From an uncultured Bacteroidota bacterium (GTDB taxonomy: Bacteria; Bacteroidota; Bacteroidia; UKL13-3), in contig CAISCU010000008.1 in NCBI GenBank assembly GCA_903883965.1, positions 3,405 to 67,404 on the forward strand: a DNA stretch of 64,000 bases. Reading direction: 5' to 3'. The notes under the pieces are model-generated. The model was not told the origin of the DNA. It ran no database searches and saw only the letters and a program-made list of their open reading frames with translations. Shown piece after piece: positions 9,812 to 18,883 of the stretch (within the stretch, counting starts at the first letter, position 1; every line of letters starts with the position of its first letter). The position numbers were made by a program, and so were the translations under genes.

Positions 9812-9937
9812 TTACAAGAGAACACCTTCAGGAGCAGGTATAAGTTTTGATCCAATTTCCAAAATACCCATATTAGACCAAGAACCCGCCCCCAAACCAA
9901 TAATCAAGGCCAAATAATTTCTGATTCTTTTAACCAT
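9812..9937 (-). CDS. 41-aa micro-ORF with signal-peptide-like N-terminus (MVKRIRNYLALIIGLGAGSWS...)
   Basis: Translated by hand; it is below the ORF-track cutoff. It sits between the response regulator stop (9994) and the 91-aa membrane protein start (9787). Confidence 0.3.
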   Translation of the reverse strand: MVKRIRNYLALIIGLGAGSWSNMGILEIGSKLIPAPEGVLL

Positions 9938-9993
9938 TTCGCAAAATTTAAATACAATTTATTCAATTCTATAATTTATAGAACAAGTCTTTT

Positions 9994-10650
9994 TTAATAT
10001 TTTTCTGATAACAGGCGGTTTGCAGATGCATATTGCCATAATTCTTGCACATTGTGACAATCTGTTTTGCTCATGATATTTTGGCGGTGTTTTCTGGCAG
10101 TATTCTTTGATATAAAAAGAGAAGCCCCTATTTGTTCCGCGTTTAATCCTTTACAAATCATCCGCAATATTTCAATTTCTCTTTTAGACAATAAGTCTTC
10201 ATGGGCTATCGCTGATACATATAATTTCTTCTGTTGATTGATCAACAAGGCTACATCATCTGTATAATACTTCTCACCTTTAATGATGGCTGTAATTGCA
10301 TGTTTCACTTCCTGAACAGGGCTGTCCTTGCAGACATATGCATTTACACCAATACCCACACATTCCATGATATAGGAACTATTTAAATGGGCCGTATAAA
10401 TTAAAATCTTGATATGCGGGAATTCTTTTTTTATATAGGTAGCCAATTCCAATCCACCATCTTGGTTATGCAAACGCATGTCTAAAATGGCAATGTCAAC
10501 AGGATACTGAGCAATACATTGTTTAAAATCTGTTACATTTAAAAAGCCTTTGATACTTGCAACAAATGAAGCTGGCTTTAAATACCCAATCAAACCATTT
10601 AAAATCATTGGATGGTCATCAACAATGGCAATATGGTATTTCATTGGCAT
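9994..10650 (-). CDS. response regulator, NarL/LuxR (FixJ) family
   Basis: Receiver domain 'IAIVDDHPMILNGL...DIAILDMRL' and a LuxR HTH 'LSKREIEILRMICKGLNAEQIGASLFISKNTARKHRQNI'. Confidence 0.85.
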   Translation of the reverse strand: MPMKYHIAIVDDHPMILNGLIGYLKPASFVASIKGFLNVTDFKQCIAQYPVDIAILDMRLHNQDGGLELATYIKKEFPHIKILIYTAHLNSSYIMECVGIGVNAYVCKDSPVQEVKHAITAIIKGEKYYTDDVALLINQQKKLYVSAIAHEDLLSKREIEILRMICKGLNAEQIGASLFISKNTARKHRQNIMSKTDCHNVQELWQYASANRLLSEKY

Positions 10651-10653
10651 GGC

Positions 10654-11400
10654 TTATAATGAGAAAGCTATTTGAATATGAGTACCTATTTCGGGAGTTG
10701 ATTCTACAAGCATTTCTGCATTGAGCAGTTTACACCTGTTTTCCATATTTTGTAAACCTTTAGATGTTGATGTTGCTAATTTTTCTTTCCAATTGAACCC
10801 CATACCATTGTCGCCAATTTTAACTTGTAGGCTATTAGGGTCGAGGTCTTGAACTATCACATACAAAGTAGTTGCTTGGGCGTACTTAAGTGAATTATTC
10901 ATGGCTTCATTGATAATTCTGTACAAATTAATTTGAGTGTTTTCAGGTAAATTAACTTTAACGTCAAACCTAAAATCAACAGCAAAACCATGTTGTTTCA
11001 AGCGGTCACATAAATCAGAAAGTGCCCCTTTAAGACCATACCTATATATTGAAGTAGGAGATAATAAATTAGATGCATTTCGAGCGATTGAACTGGCAGT
11101 ACCTAAATCATTTTGCAATTGCGCCAATTTTAATTTGATATCAGGATTCAACTTTACATCTTCTTGTAAAACAGAAAGGGTAATTTTAGTTGAAGTTAAA
11201 ATTCCACCTAAATCATCATGAATATTACAGGCAATGGTTTGTCTTTCCTGTTCTTGGGCTTCAACTATTGCGGCAAACAATTGTTGTTGCGAATCTTTTT
11301 TTTCTCTAAAATATTTGTTGATGTAAACAATTGTAAGTAAGAATAAGGTTAAAAAAGTAGAAGTTAAAACTACAATAATGCCAATGATTGTTTCCTGCAT
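10654..11400 (-). CDS. sensor histidine kinase, HisKA_3 type, single N-terminal TM (intramembrane-sensing type)
   Basis: H-box 'IACNIHDDLGG'; HATPase G-box 'GDNGMGF'; one N-terminal TM. Confidence 0.8.
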   Translation of the reverse strand: MQETIIGIIVVLTSTFLTLFLLTIVYINKYFREKKDSQQQLFAAIVEAQEQERQTIACNIHDDLGGILTSTKITLSVLQEDVKLNPDIKLKLAQLQNDLGTASSIARNASNLLSPTSIYRYGLKGALSDLCDRLKQHGFAVDFRFDVKVNLPENTQINLYRIINEAMNNSLKYAQATTLYVIVQDLDPNSLQVKIGDNGMGFNWKEKLATSTSKGLQNMENRCKLLNAEMLVESTPEIGTHIQIAFSL

Positions 11401-12002
11401 TTGATGAGTCCAATTGTGATGAAAATATACAACCCTAAATTTGAAAATAAATTAATTAAATAATAAGACAATGCAATTTTTTCAGAATTTAAAGTTTGCA
11501 AGTAAGCCGAAAAGCTCATGATACCTATATTGGTGCAGGTATAAAAAATAAAACCCAGGGAAATTGACAATTTAAAACTCTTGTAATCGGTTGACAGATA
11601 GCGAATGTATGCTATGAAACTCATTAACATTATTACTAAACTCTCTATACCATGCATGATTCCATTTGCATAATACAAACCATTAATAGAATAAAACACC
11701 AACCAAACAATTATATAAACAAGAGAAAACAGGTAAAATATACTTGTTTTCTCTTTGTTCCATTGAGTATAGAGGGCAGACAATACCCAAACATCTATCA
11801 AAGAATAAATATTACCAAATAATAAATTGTATTTAGAATCAATTGTATCAGCTATCATGTACAAGCTTTCAAAAGCAACCGCACTTATTAAATAAATAGC
11901 CAAGTACTTTTGTTGGGGCATTATGGCTCTCCAGGCCCATACTAAAAGAAGTACGCCAACTATTTCTATTAATACTGTAATATTTGTAAGAATAGAAATC
12001 AA
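11370..12002 (-). CDS. polytopic membrane protein (~6 TM) associated with the kinase (LiaF/VraT-like accessory role inferred)
   Basis: All-hydrophobic 210 aa. It overlaps the kinase start by 31 nt in another frame. Confidence 0.5.
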   Translation of the reverse strand: MISILTNITVLIEIVGVLLLVWAWRAIMPQQKYLAIYLISAVAFESLYMIADTIDSKYNLLFGNIYSLIDVWVLSALYTQWNKEKTSIFYLFSLVYIIVWLVFYSINGLYYANGIMHGIESLVIMLMSFIAYIRYLSTDYKSFKLSISLGFIFYTCTNIGIMSFSAYLQTLNSEKIALSYYLINLFSNLGLYIFITIGLIKCRKQSLALL

Positions 12003-12004
12003 AC

Positions 12005-12319
12005 TTAAGAGTTTAAATCATTGGGAGAACTACAATGAATTGGACATCTTTTAGCATTTTGAGCCAATTCTCCATTTACCAAATCGTCTTCATTGGCTTT
12101 TGCACCAACTGCAACTATACTTGGTCTCATTTGGTCGTCAAATCCATAGTATAATCTTATACCTACACAATCTTCTTGTTCTAAAATAGCTAGTAAAGCT
12201 GCTTTGCCAAAAAACTCAGCAATGGTATCATCCCAAGGCATATTGTCTCTGAAACGGGCTGTTAATTCTGAAGCATCAGCTAAAGAAATACTGTGGTCTT
12301 CATTTCCTGTAAAACTCAT
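12005..12319 (-). CDS. hypothetical cytoplasmic protein (104 aa), first gene of the operon
   Basis: No recognisable motifs. Tightly spaced with the downstream membrane protein (stop 12005, next start 12002). Confidence 0.4.
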   Translation of the reverse strand: MSFTGNEDHSISLADASELTARFRDNMPWDDTIAEFFGKAALLAILEQEDCVGIRLYYGFDDQMRPSIVAVGAKANEDDLVNGELAQNAKRCPIHCSSPNDLNS

Positions 12320-12328
12320 ATTTAATTA

Positions 12329-12361
12329 TTGAATTGTGAACTTCGAACCTACAGAATTCAA
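12329..12361. promoter_or_regulatory. 10-bp imperfect inverted repeat TTGAATTGTG-N13-CAGAATTCAA in a divergent intergenic region (operator candidate)
   Basis: Read from the sequence, between the divergent starts at 12319 (-) and ~12394 (+). Confidence 0.35.
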
Positions 12362-12393
12362 TTAGCATAAAAATACTACTTTCATATTATTTT

Positions 12394-12903
12394 TTGAGTG
12401 AATACCATTGGAAATGTAAAGTTTTATTTACATTTTTGTTCAATAAGCAATTTCAGAATATGAGAAATAACTTTTTAATAAGCCGGAAATTTATGCCATA
12501 TGCCTTACTAACTCTCCTATTAGGAATAGCATTGGGTATAGGCTATATGAACAATTCTATATTGCCATTTTTAGAAGCTAAACCCCATAGTGGTGGCTTG
12601 TCTGCACTTATAGAAAGAAACAATTACCAAGGTGATCTGGCATTGACTTGCATATTGGTAGCTTTGTACCTGATTGGATTTACCAAACACAAAAACGAAG
12701 ATGAATTCATTGATTTCCTCAGGTACCAATCATTGCTCAAAGCAGCACTTTTTCAAACAGCAGGAATTGTCATTGGAACTTGGTTTTTTGGAGGACTTAC
12801 TTTTTTAAACATCATGCTGTTGAACTTATTTAGCTTTTTATTGCTCTTTTTGGTGTTCTTTAAAGTACAGCTCTATACCACTGGCAAAAAAATGAGGAAA
12901 TGA
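12394..12903 (+). CDS. DUF2975-like membrane protein (partner of a small XRE regulator)
   Basis: Four hydrophobic segments. Its stop overlaps the XRE start (ATGA). Confidence 0.5.
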   Translation: MSEYHWKCKVLFTFLFNKQFQNMRNNFLISRKFMPYALLTLLLGIALGIGYMNNSILPFLEAKPHSGGLSALIERNNYQGDLALTCILVALYLIGFTKHKNEDEFIDFLRYQSLLKAALFQTAGIVIGTWFFGGLTFLNIMLLNLFSFLLLFLVFFKVQLYTTGKKMRK

Positions 12904-13100
12904 AATCGAACTTAAAAACTATCCGAATTCAAAGTGGCTATACCCAAGAAGAATTGGCTCAAAAAGTTGGCAGCAGCAGACAAACTGTATATGCCATAGA
13001 AACAGGTAAATTTTATCCGAGTATGGTATTGGGGTTAAAATTGGCTCAAGTACTAGCCACTTCAGTGTATGATTTATTTGAATTAGAAGCTACTGATTGA
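12900..13100 (+). CDS. XRE-family helix-turn-helix transcriptional regulator (66 aa)
   Basis: 'YTQEELAQKVGSSRQTVYAIETGKFYPSMVLGLKLAQVL' is a canonical Cro/C1 HTH. Confidence 0.8.
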   Translation: MKSNLKTIRIQSGYTQEELAQKVGSSRQTVYAIETGKFYPSMVLGLKLAQVLATSVYDLFELEATD

Positions 13101-13157
13101 AATGCTTTACAGAATAAAATTGCGGTAAAATTGACCATTTTATTCAGACTTGCTAAC

Positions 13158-13496
13158 CTACAAAAAGCCCAATTGCAATTTAGCTGATTCGCTCATTAAG
13201 TCTTGTGTCCAAGCTGGTTCAAATGTGACAGTAACGGTTACTTCTTTAACGCCTTCTATGGCACCTACTTTTTCTTTGATTTCAGCTGGCATACTTTGAG
13301 CTGCTGGGCAAAAAGGTGAAGTCAAAGACATGATAATTTCAATGTTTAAGTCATGAGAAACGTTTACTTCATATATCAAACCCAATTCATAAATATTAAC
13401 TGGAATTTCAGGATCATAAACAGTTTGAATGACTTTGATTGCTTCATTCTGAACATCAACAAAATTACGTGTTGGTTGGGTATTTATATCTTCCAT
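13158..13496 (-). CDS. sufT: DUF59/MIP18-family Fe-S assembly protein (SufT-like)
   Basis: 'VYDPEIPVNIYELGLIY...SPFCPAAQSMPAEIKEKV' is the DUF59 pattern. Confidence 0.75.
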   Translation of the reverse strand: MEDINTQPTRNFVDVQNEAIKVIQTVYDPEIPVNIYELGLIYEVNVSHDLNIEIIMSLTSPFCPAAQSMPAEIKEKVGAIEGVKEVTVTVTFEPAWTQDLMSESAKLQLGFL

Positions 13497-13497
13497 G

Positions 13498-13938
13498 TTA
13501 ATTGTGGTTTTGAAAAGCGTTAGCGTATATTTTCATTTGTTGAATCATGCCTGCAAAGCCATTGCTTCTTTGTGAGCCAATCATACTCCCCATTCCAATT
13601 TGAGTAATAAAATATAAATCTGTTTGGAGTATTTCGGCAGGTGTTCTATTGTTCCAAATTTTCACCAATAAGGCAACTAACCCTTTGGTTATTTCAGTAT
13701 TACTGTCAGCTTCAAATTGTAAAGATCCTTCGTTAAAAATTGGATAAACCCATACTTTACTCATACAACCTTTAATAATAAATTCTGGAGATTGATGGGC
13801 TGGATCCATTGGGGCAAGTTTTTTACCTATGTCCATCAAGTAAAACAACTTACTTTCCATGTCGTCCTCAAAAAGGCTAAAGTCGGCTATAATTTCGTCT
13901 TGAATGTCGTTGATGGTTTTCATTTGATTCTGTCGCAA
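13498..13938 (-). CDS. sufE: cysteine desulfuration protein SufE
   Basis: 'KGCMSKVWV' SufE active-site Cys motif. Confidence 0.8.
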   Translation of the reverse strand: MRQNQMKTINDIQDEIIADFSLFEDDMESKLFYLMDIGKKLAPMDPAHQSPEFIIKGCMSKVWVYPIFNEGSLQFEADSNTEITKGLVALLVKIWNNRTPAEILQTDLYFITQIGMGSMIGSQRSNGFAGMIQQMKIYANAFQNHN

Positions 13939-15152
13939 ATTTTCTGAAGTGCAGCTAAAAAATAATCTATTTCTTGGGCAGTATTGTAAATGGCAAACGA
14001 GGCCCTTACAGTTCCTTCTATACCAAATTTACGCATAAGTGGCTGTGTACAATGGTGACCTGTTCTTACAGCTATACCTGATGCATCTAACAACATACCT
14101 ACATCAAAATGGTGCATTCCTACAACTTCAAATGACTGTACTGCAATTTTATGAGGGTTTGTCCCAATTAATTTAATTTTGTTAAAAGAGCTTTGTTGAA
14201 TACCCAATAAAAAGGCATCATACAAACTTTTTTCATGAACCGCAATGGTTTCGTGGCCTATATCTGTAACAAATTGCAATGCCATTTTAAATGCAATTAC
14301 AGCTGCTATATTGGGAGTGCCTGCTTCAAATTTATAGGGTAGTTCGTTGTAGGTACTGTGTGTCAAAAAAACTTCTTTGATCATTTCTCCACCACTTTGG
14401 TAAGGAGGCATGGCTTCTAACAATTCACGTTTACCATATAACACGCCCAAACCAGTAGGACCATATAATTTATGTGAAGAAATGGCCATGAAATCACAAT
14501 CCAAAGCTTGTACATCTATTTTAAAATGAGAGGCCGCTTGTGCTGCATCTATCATTACTTTGGCGCCAATGGCATGAGCAGCTTCTATAATTGTTGCAAT
14601 TGGGTTGATTGTTCCCAACGCATTGCTCACCCATACCACAGAAACTATTTTAACTTTGGGGTTGATAATTGCCAATGCAGCCTCCAAATCTATGGAGCCA
14701 TCGGTTTGTATAGGTATGAATTTTAAAACTGCACCAGTTTCGGCACAAATTCTTTGCCATGGCACCAAATTGCTATGGTGTTCCATTTCTGTAAGCAATA
14801 CTTCATCACCGGCTTTTAAGACTAATTTTCCATATGATGCAGCTACTAAATTGATGCTTTCTGTTACGCCTTTGGTAAAAATACACTCAGCCGATTCTTT
14901 GGCATTGATAAATGTTTGGAGCAATTCTCGGGTAGATTCAAACTGTTCGGTAGCCCTTGAAGCCAATGTGTGTGCTGAACGGTGAATATTTGCGTTGTCG
15001 TGTAAATAATACGATTGCAAAGCATCAATGACTGAAATTGGCTTTTGTGTAGTAGCGGCATTGTCTAAATAAACCAGTTGTTTGCCATTTACCTGTTCAT
15101 TTAAGACAGGAAATAGTGAACGAATTTCAGCTATGGAATTGATTGGGTTCAA
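13920..15152 (-). CDS. sufS: cysteine desulfurase SufS (class II aminotransferase)
   Basis: PLP site 'ISSHKLYGPTGLGVLY'; catalytic Cys region 'RTGHHCTQP'. Confidence 0.9.
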   Translation of the reverse strand: MNPINSIAEIRSLFPVLNEQVNGKQLVYLDNAATTQKPISVIDALQSYYLHDNANIHRSAHTLASRATEQFESTRELLQTFINAKESAECIFTKGVTESINLVAASYGKLVLKAGDEVLLTEMEHHSNLVPWQRICAETGAVLKFIPIQTDGSIDLEAALAIINPKVKIVSVVWVSNALGTINPIATIIEAAHAIGAKVMIDAAQAASHFKIDVQALDCDFMAISSHKLYGPTGLGVLYGKRELLEAMPPYQSGGEMIKEVFLTHSTYNELPYKFEAGTPNIAAVIAFKMALQFVTDIGHETIAVHEKSLYDAFLLGIQQSSFNKIKLIGTNPHKIAVQSFEVVGMHHFDVGMLLDASGIAVRTGHHCTQPLMRKFGIEGTVRASFAIYNTAQEIDYFLAALQKICDRIK

Positions 15153-15153
15153 G

Positions 15154-16416
15154 TTAAATATTGTCTTCTATAAATTGGGAGATTAGTTGAGTAAGCTCAG
15201 GCTCTTCAATTAAGTCTGTAATGTCTTTGGCATATGCTTTTAACAACATTGACTTAGCCACATTTTCTGGAATACCTCTACTTCTTAGATAAAACAATGA
15301 TTTTTCGTCTAATCTGCCAATGGTGGCGCCATGTGTACATTTTACGTCATCTGCAAAAATCTCTAACTGAGGCTTTGTGTAAATGGTGGCATGATCGCTC
15401 AGTAAAATATTTTGATTGCGTTGATATGCAGCTGTTTTTTGAGCATCTAAATGAACCTGAATTTTACCATTAAACACAGCTGTAGATTCGTCTAGTAAAA
15501 TGCCTTTGTACTTTTCATCACTGGTACAATGCGGACTCACATGGTCTACTCGCGTATGGTTATCAACCAAACGTTTTTTATCTGTCACATACAAACCATG
15601 TAATACACAATTGGCTGCAGTACCATTCAATTTAAAATGCAGGTTATTTCTAATAATTGCACCACTGATGCTGATGGTTATTTGTTTTACATTTGAATGA
15701 GCTGCTTGGTTAATTTGCGTGTAATGATTGAGCTGTGCAGCTGATTGTTGTTGTTGCAATTTGTAAGCATTCACTACTGCATTTTCTGCTACAGCAATTT
15801 CACTAACTACATTGGTTAAACTCAGTTTTTCGCCAATACTTTCATACGATTCTATGAAATGAGCCTGTGCATTGGCTTCAATGACCCATAAATTTCTGAT
15901 TTGGCTAAAACTAGCCTGTTCAGTTGCAGCGGTAATGTGTTGTATAAAAAAAGGATGTTTGCAAATTGCACCTTGAGGTACATAAACAAATGAACCCTGA
16001 GGATCAAATGCCGTATTCAATGCATTGAGCGATTCGTTTGTTGTTGCAGCCAGTTTTCCAAAATATGCATTCAATAAATTGGAATGATTGGTTGAAGCTT
16101 CTGCAATGGAGCTAACAATGAGACCAGGAATTTGATCTAAAAGTTGTGAATATTGAGAAGCCAATTTGCCATTTATAAAAACCAATCTATTGGCCTGAAT
16201 GGCATGCAATTGGGTATTGATTGGAGGTTGACTATTCAAATTGTCAGCCCAAACCAATTCTTGCTCAAAGGTATTTTTGAAGCTAAAATATTTCCATTCC
16301 TCATGCTTTCTGCTAGGTATACCTTTTGCTAAAAAAGTGGACATCGCCTCTTTTTGCAAAGCATTAGATGGCGCTTTTAACAGGTCTTTTTCTTTGATTT
16401 GTTGAAGTAAACTCAT
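15154..16416 (-). CDS. sufD: Fe-S cluster assembly protein SufD
   Basis: Position between sufC and sufS; SufB/D-family C-terminal 'DAQKTAAYQ...LLSD' region. Confidence 0.85.
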   Translation of the reverse strand: MSLLQQIKEKDLLKAPSNALQKEAMSTFLAKGIPSRKHEEWKYFSFKNTFEQELVWADNLNSQPPINTQLHAIQANRLVFINGKLASQYSQLLDQIPGLIVSSIAEASTNHSNLLNAYFGKLAATTNESLNALNTAFDPQGSFVYVPQGAICKHPFFIQHITAATEQASFSQIRNLWVIEANAQAHFIESYESIGEKLSLTNVVSEIAVAENAVVNAYKLQQQQSAAQLNHYTQINQAAHSNVKQITISISGAIIRNNLHFKLNGTAANCVLHGLYVTDKKRLVDNHTRVDHVSPHCTSDEKYKGILLDESTAVFNGKIQVHLDAQKTAAYQRNQNILLSDHATIYTKPQLEIFADDVKCTHGATIGRLDEKSLFYLRSRGIPENVAKSMLLKAYAKDITDLIEEPELTQLISQFIEDNI

Positions 16417-16428
16417 GTGTAAATGCGG

Positions 16429-17190
16429 TTATACGTTTTGAGTATCTACTTCTGTTTTGATCCAGTCGTATCCTTTTTGTTCCAATTCTTTGGCCAATTC
16501 TGCCGTGCCGCTTTTTACAATTTTACCTTTGTAAAGCACATGTACAAAATCAGGAACAATATAATCGAGCAATCTTTGGTAATGGGTAATGACTACAAAA
16601 GCATTGTCTTTGCTTCTTAATTTATTAACTCCGTTTGAAACCAAACGCAATGCATCAATGTCCAAGCCTGAATCCGTTTCATCTAAAATAGCCAATTTAG
16701 GAGCCAACATGGCCATTTGAAAAATTTCATTTCTTTTTTTCTCTCCTCCGCTAAAACCTTCATTCAAAGAACGACTGGTCAATGATTTGTCCATTTCAAC
16801 CAATTCCATTTTTTCACGCATGAACTTTAAAAAATCAGTGGCTTCCATAGGAGCTAAACCTCTGTATTTTCTTTGTTCATTGACTGCTGTTTTTAAAAAA
16901 TTGGTATTGCTCACTCCTGGAATTTCTACCGGATACTGAAAAGCTAAAAACAAACCTTCTCTGGCCCTGTCTTCTGGGCTCATGTCTAGTAAATCTTTGC
17001 CATCGAATTCAACCTTACCTTGGCTTACGGTGTACTCATTTTTACCTGCCAATACAGATGACAAAGTACTTTTTCCAGCTCCGTTTGGCCCCATAATGGC
17101 ATGCACCTCTCCTGGACGAATGGTTAAATTGATCCCATTTAAAATATTTTTGTTTTCTATTCCAGCGTGTAAATTTTCTATTCTTAACAT
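16429..17190 (-). CDS. sufC: Fe-S cluster assembly ATPase SufC
   Basis: Walker A 'GPNGAGKST'; ABC signature 'FSGGEKKR'. Confidence 0.9.
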   Translation of the reverse strand: MLRIENLHAGIENKNILNGINLTIRPGEVHAIMGPNGAGKSTLSSVLAGKNEYTVSQGKVEFDGKDLLDMSPEDRAREGLFLAFQYPVEIPGVSNTNFLKTAVNEQRKYRGLAPMEATDFLKFMREKMELVEMDKSLTSRSLNEGFSGGEKKRNEIFQMAMLAPKLAILDETDSGLDIDALRLVSNGVNKLRSKDNAFVVITHYQRLLDYIVPDFVHVLYKGKIVKSGTAELAKELEQKGYDWIKTEVDTQNV

Positions 17191-17212
17191 TTTATCTTTT
17201 TATTAATACTAT

Positions 17213-18658
17213 TTATCCAACAGAACCCTCTAACGAAACAGCCAATAATTTTTGAGCTTCTACAGCAAATTCCATTGGCAATTGGTTCAACACTTCTTTA
17301 CAAAACCCATTTACAATTAATCCAATGGCTTCTTCAGTACCTATACCTCTTTGGTTGCAATAAAAAATTTGGTCTTCGCCTATTTTGCTGGTACTTGCCT
17401 CGTGTTCTACTACGGCACTTGAATTAGACACTTCTATATACGGAAAAGTATGGGCGCCAGAACGGTCTCCAATAAGCATACTGTCACATTGGGTATAATT
17501 TCTGGCATCAGTTGCTTTGCTAGCAACTTTAACCAAACCTCTGTAAGTGTTGTGTGATTTACCCGCTGAAATTCCTTTTGAAACAATTCTACTTTTGGTA
17601 TGACTACCAATGTGAATCATTTTGGTACCTGTATCGGCCAATTGAGCATTGTTGGTTACTGCTACTGAAAAAAATTCTCCGTTTGAATGGTTTCCTTTTA
17701 ATACACAACTTGGATACTTCCAGGTAATGGCGCTTCCGGTTTCTACTTGTGTCCAAGAAATCTTGGCATAATCACCTTCACAATTACCCCTTTTGGTTAC
17801 AAAATTATAAATCCCGCCTTTGCCATCTTTGTCACCTGGATACCAGTTTTGTACAGTTGAATATTTAATTTCTGCATGGGTATGAGCAATCAATTCAACA
17901 ACAGCAGCATGCAATTGGTTTTCGTCACGCATGGGAGCTGTACAACCTTCTAGGTAAGAAACGTAAGATTGATCATCAGCAATGATCAAAGTGCGTTCAA
18001 ATTGTCCTGTGTTTTCAGCATTGATCCTAAAATAAGTAGATAGTTCCATTGGGCAACGAACCCCCTTGGGAATGTATACAAATGAACCATCAGAAAATAC
18101 AGCTGCATTTAAAGCAGCAAAGTAATTATCTGTGTATGGAACAACAGATCCCAAGTATTGTTGAACCAATTCTGGGTGTTCATGAACGGCTTCGCTCATG
18201 CTACAAAAAATAACCCCCTTTTCTCTTAACTGGTCTTTGAAAGTTGTTGCAATTGAAACTGAGTCAAAAACAGCATCTACAGCAACACCTGTCAATCTTT
18301 TTTGTTCGGTCAATGAAATACCTAGTTTTTCAAAAGTTTTTAACAACTCAGGATCCACCTCATCGAGGCTATTGAGTTTGACTTTCTCCTTTGGAGCTGC
18401 GTAATAAATGATATTCTGAAAATCAATTGGCGGATAATTGAAATTTTGCCAATTGGGTTCGTCAAGGGTTAACCAATGTTTATATGCCTTTAACCTGTAG
18501 TTTAAAAGCCATTCTGGTTCATTCTTTTTTGCAGAAATGAACCTAACAATGTCTTCATTTAAACCTTTAGGTGCTGTTTCCATTTCAATAACAGTACTAA
18601 AACCGTACTGATATTCCTGACTCACAACCTGGTCTATGATATTGGACTCTTCTGTCAT
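17213..18658 (-). CDS. sufB: Fe-S cluster assembly protein SufB
   Basis: 481 aa, SufB-family conserved C-terminal region. Confidence 0.9.
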   Translation of the reverse strand: MTEESNIIDQVVSQEYQYGFSTVIEMETAPKGLNEDIVRFISAKKNEPEWLLNYRLKAYKHWLTLDEPNWQNFNYPPIDFQNIIYYAAPKEKVKLNSLDEVDPELLKTFEKLGISLTEQKRLTGVAVDAVFDSVSIATTFKDQLREKGVIFCSMSEAVHEHPELVQQYLGSVVPYTDNYFAALNAAVFSDGSFVYIPKGVRCPMELSTYFRINAENTGQFERTLIIADDQSYVSYLEGCTAPMRDENQLHAAVVELIAHTHAEIKYSTVQNWYPGDKDGKGGIYNFVTKRGNCEGDYAKISWTQVETGSAITWKYPSCVLKGNHSNGEFFSVAVTNNAQLADTGTKMIHIGSHTKSRIVSKGISAGKSHNTYRGLVKVASKATDARNYTQCDSMLIGDRSGAHTFPYIEVSNSSAVVEHEASTSKIGEDQIFYCNQRGIGTEEAIGLIVNGFCKEVLNQLPMEFAVEAQKLLAVSLEGSVG

Positions 18659-18883
18659 TGAATTTAATTTAAATTAAGCGTACAAAAATACAGCTTTTTT
18701 ATTGCTGTTTATACTTAGTCTAAATAAATTACAATTCAATTTCAGAAAAGTTTTATTAATTCTAATTTTAAATGTGCTGAGTTCAAATACTGCACATGTA
18801 CAGTTATCTGAATATGTGGAACTTAACTAAACAGCGCAGGTTATTTACAATTGTTAAACAACTGAAGATTAGCCTTGTAAAGC

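Noticed and set aside
11370-11400. 31-nt overlap between the 6-TM membrane ORF and the histidine kinase as proof of a frameshifted single gene
   Set aside because: The kinase ORF begins with its own Met and TM segment and is plausible as a stand-alone intramembrane-sensing kinase. No homopolymer lies at the junction. It is kept only as an alternative hypothesis.
13158-18658. suf operon as something unusual
   Set aside because: The gene order sufB-C-D-S-E plus a DUF59 gene is ordinary Fe-S assembly.
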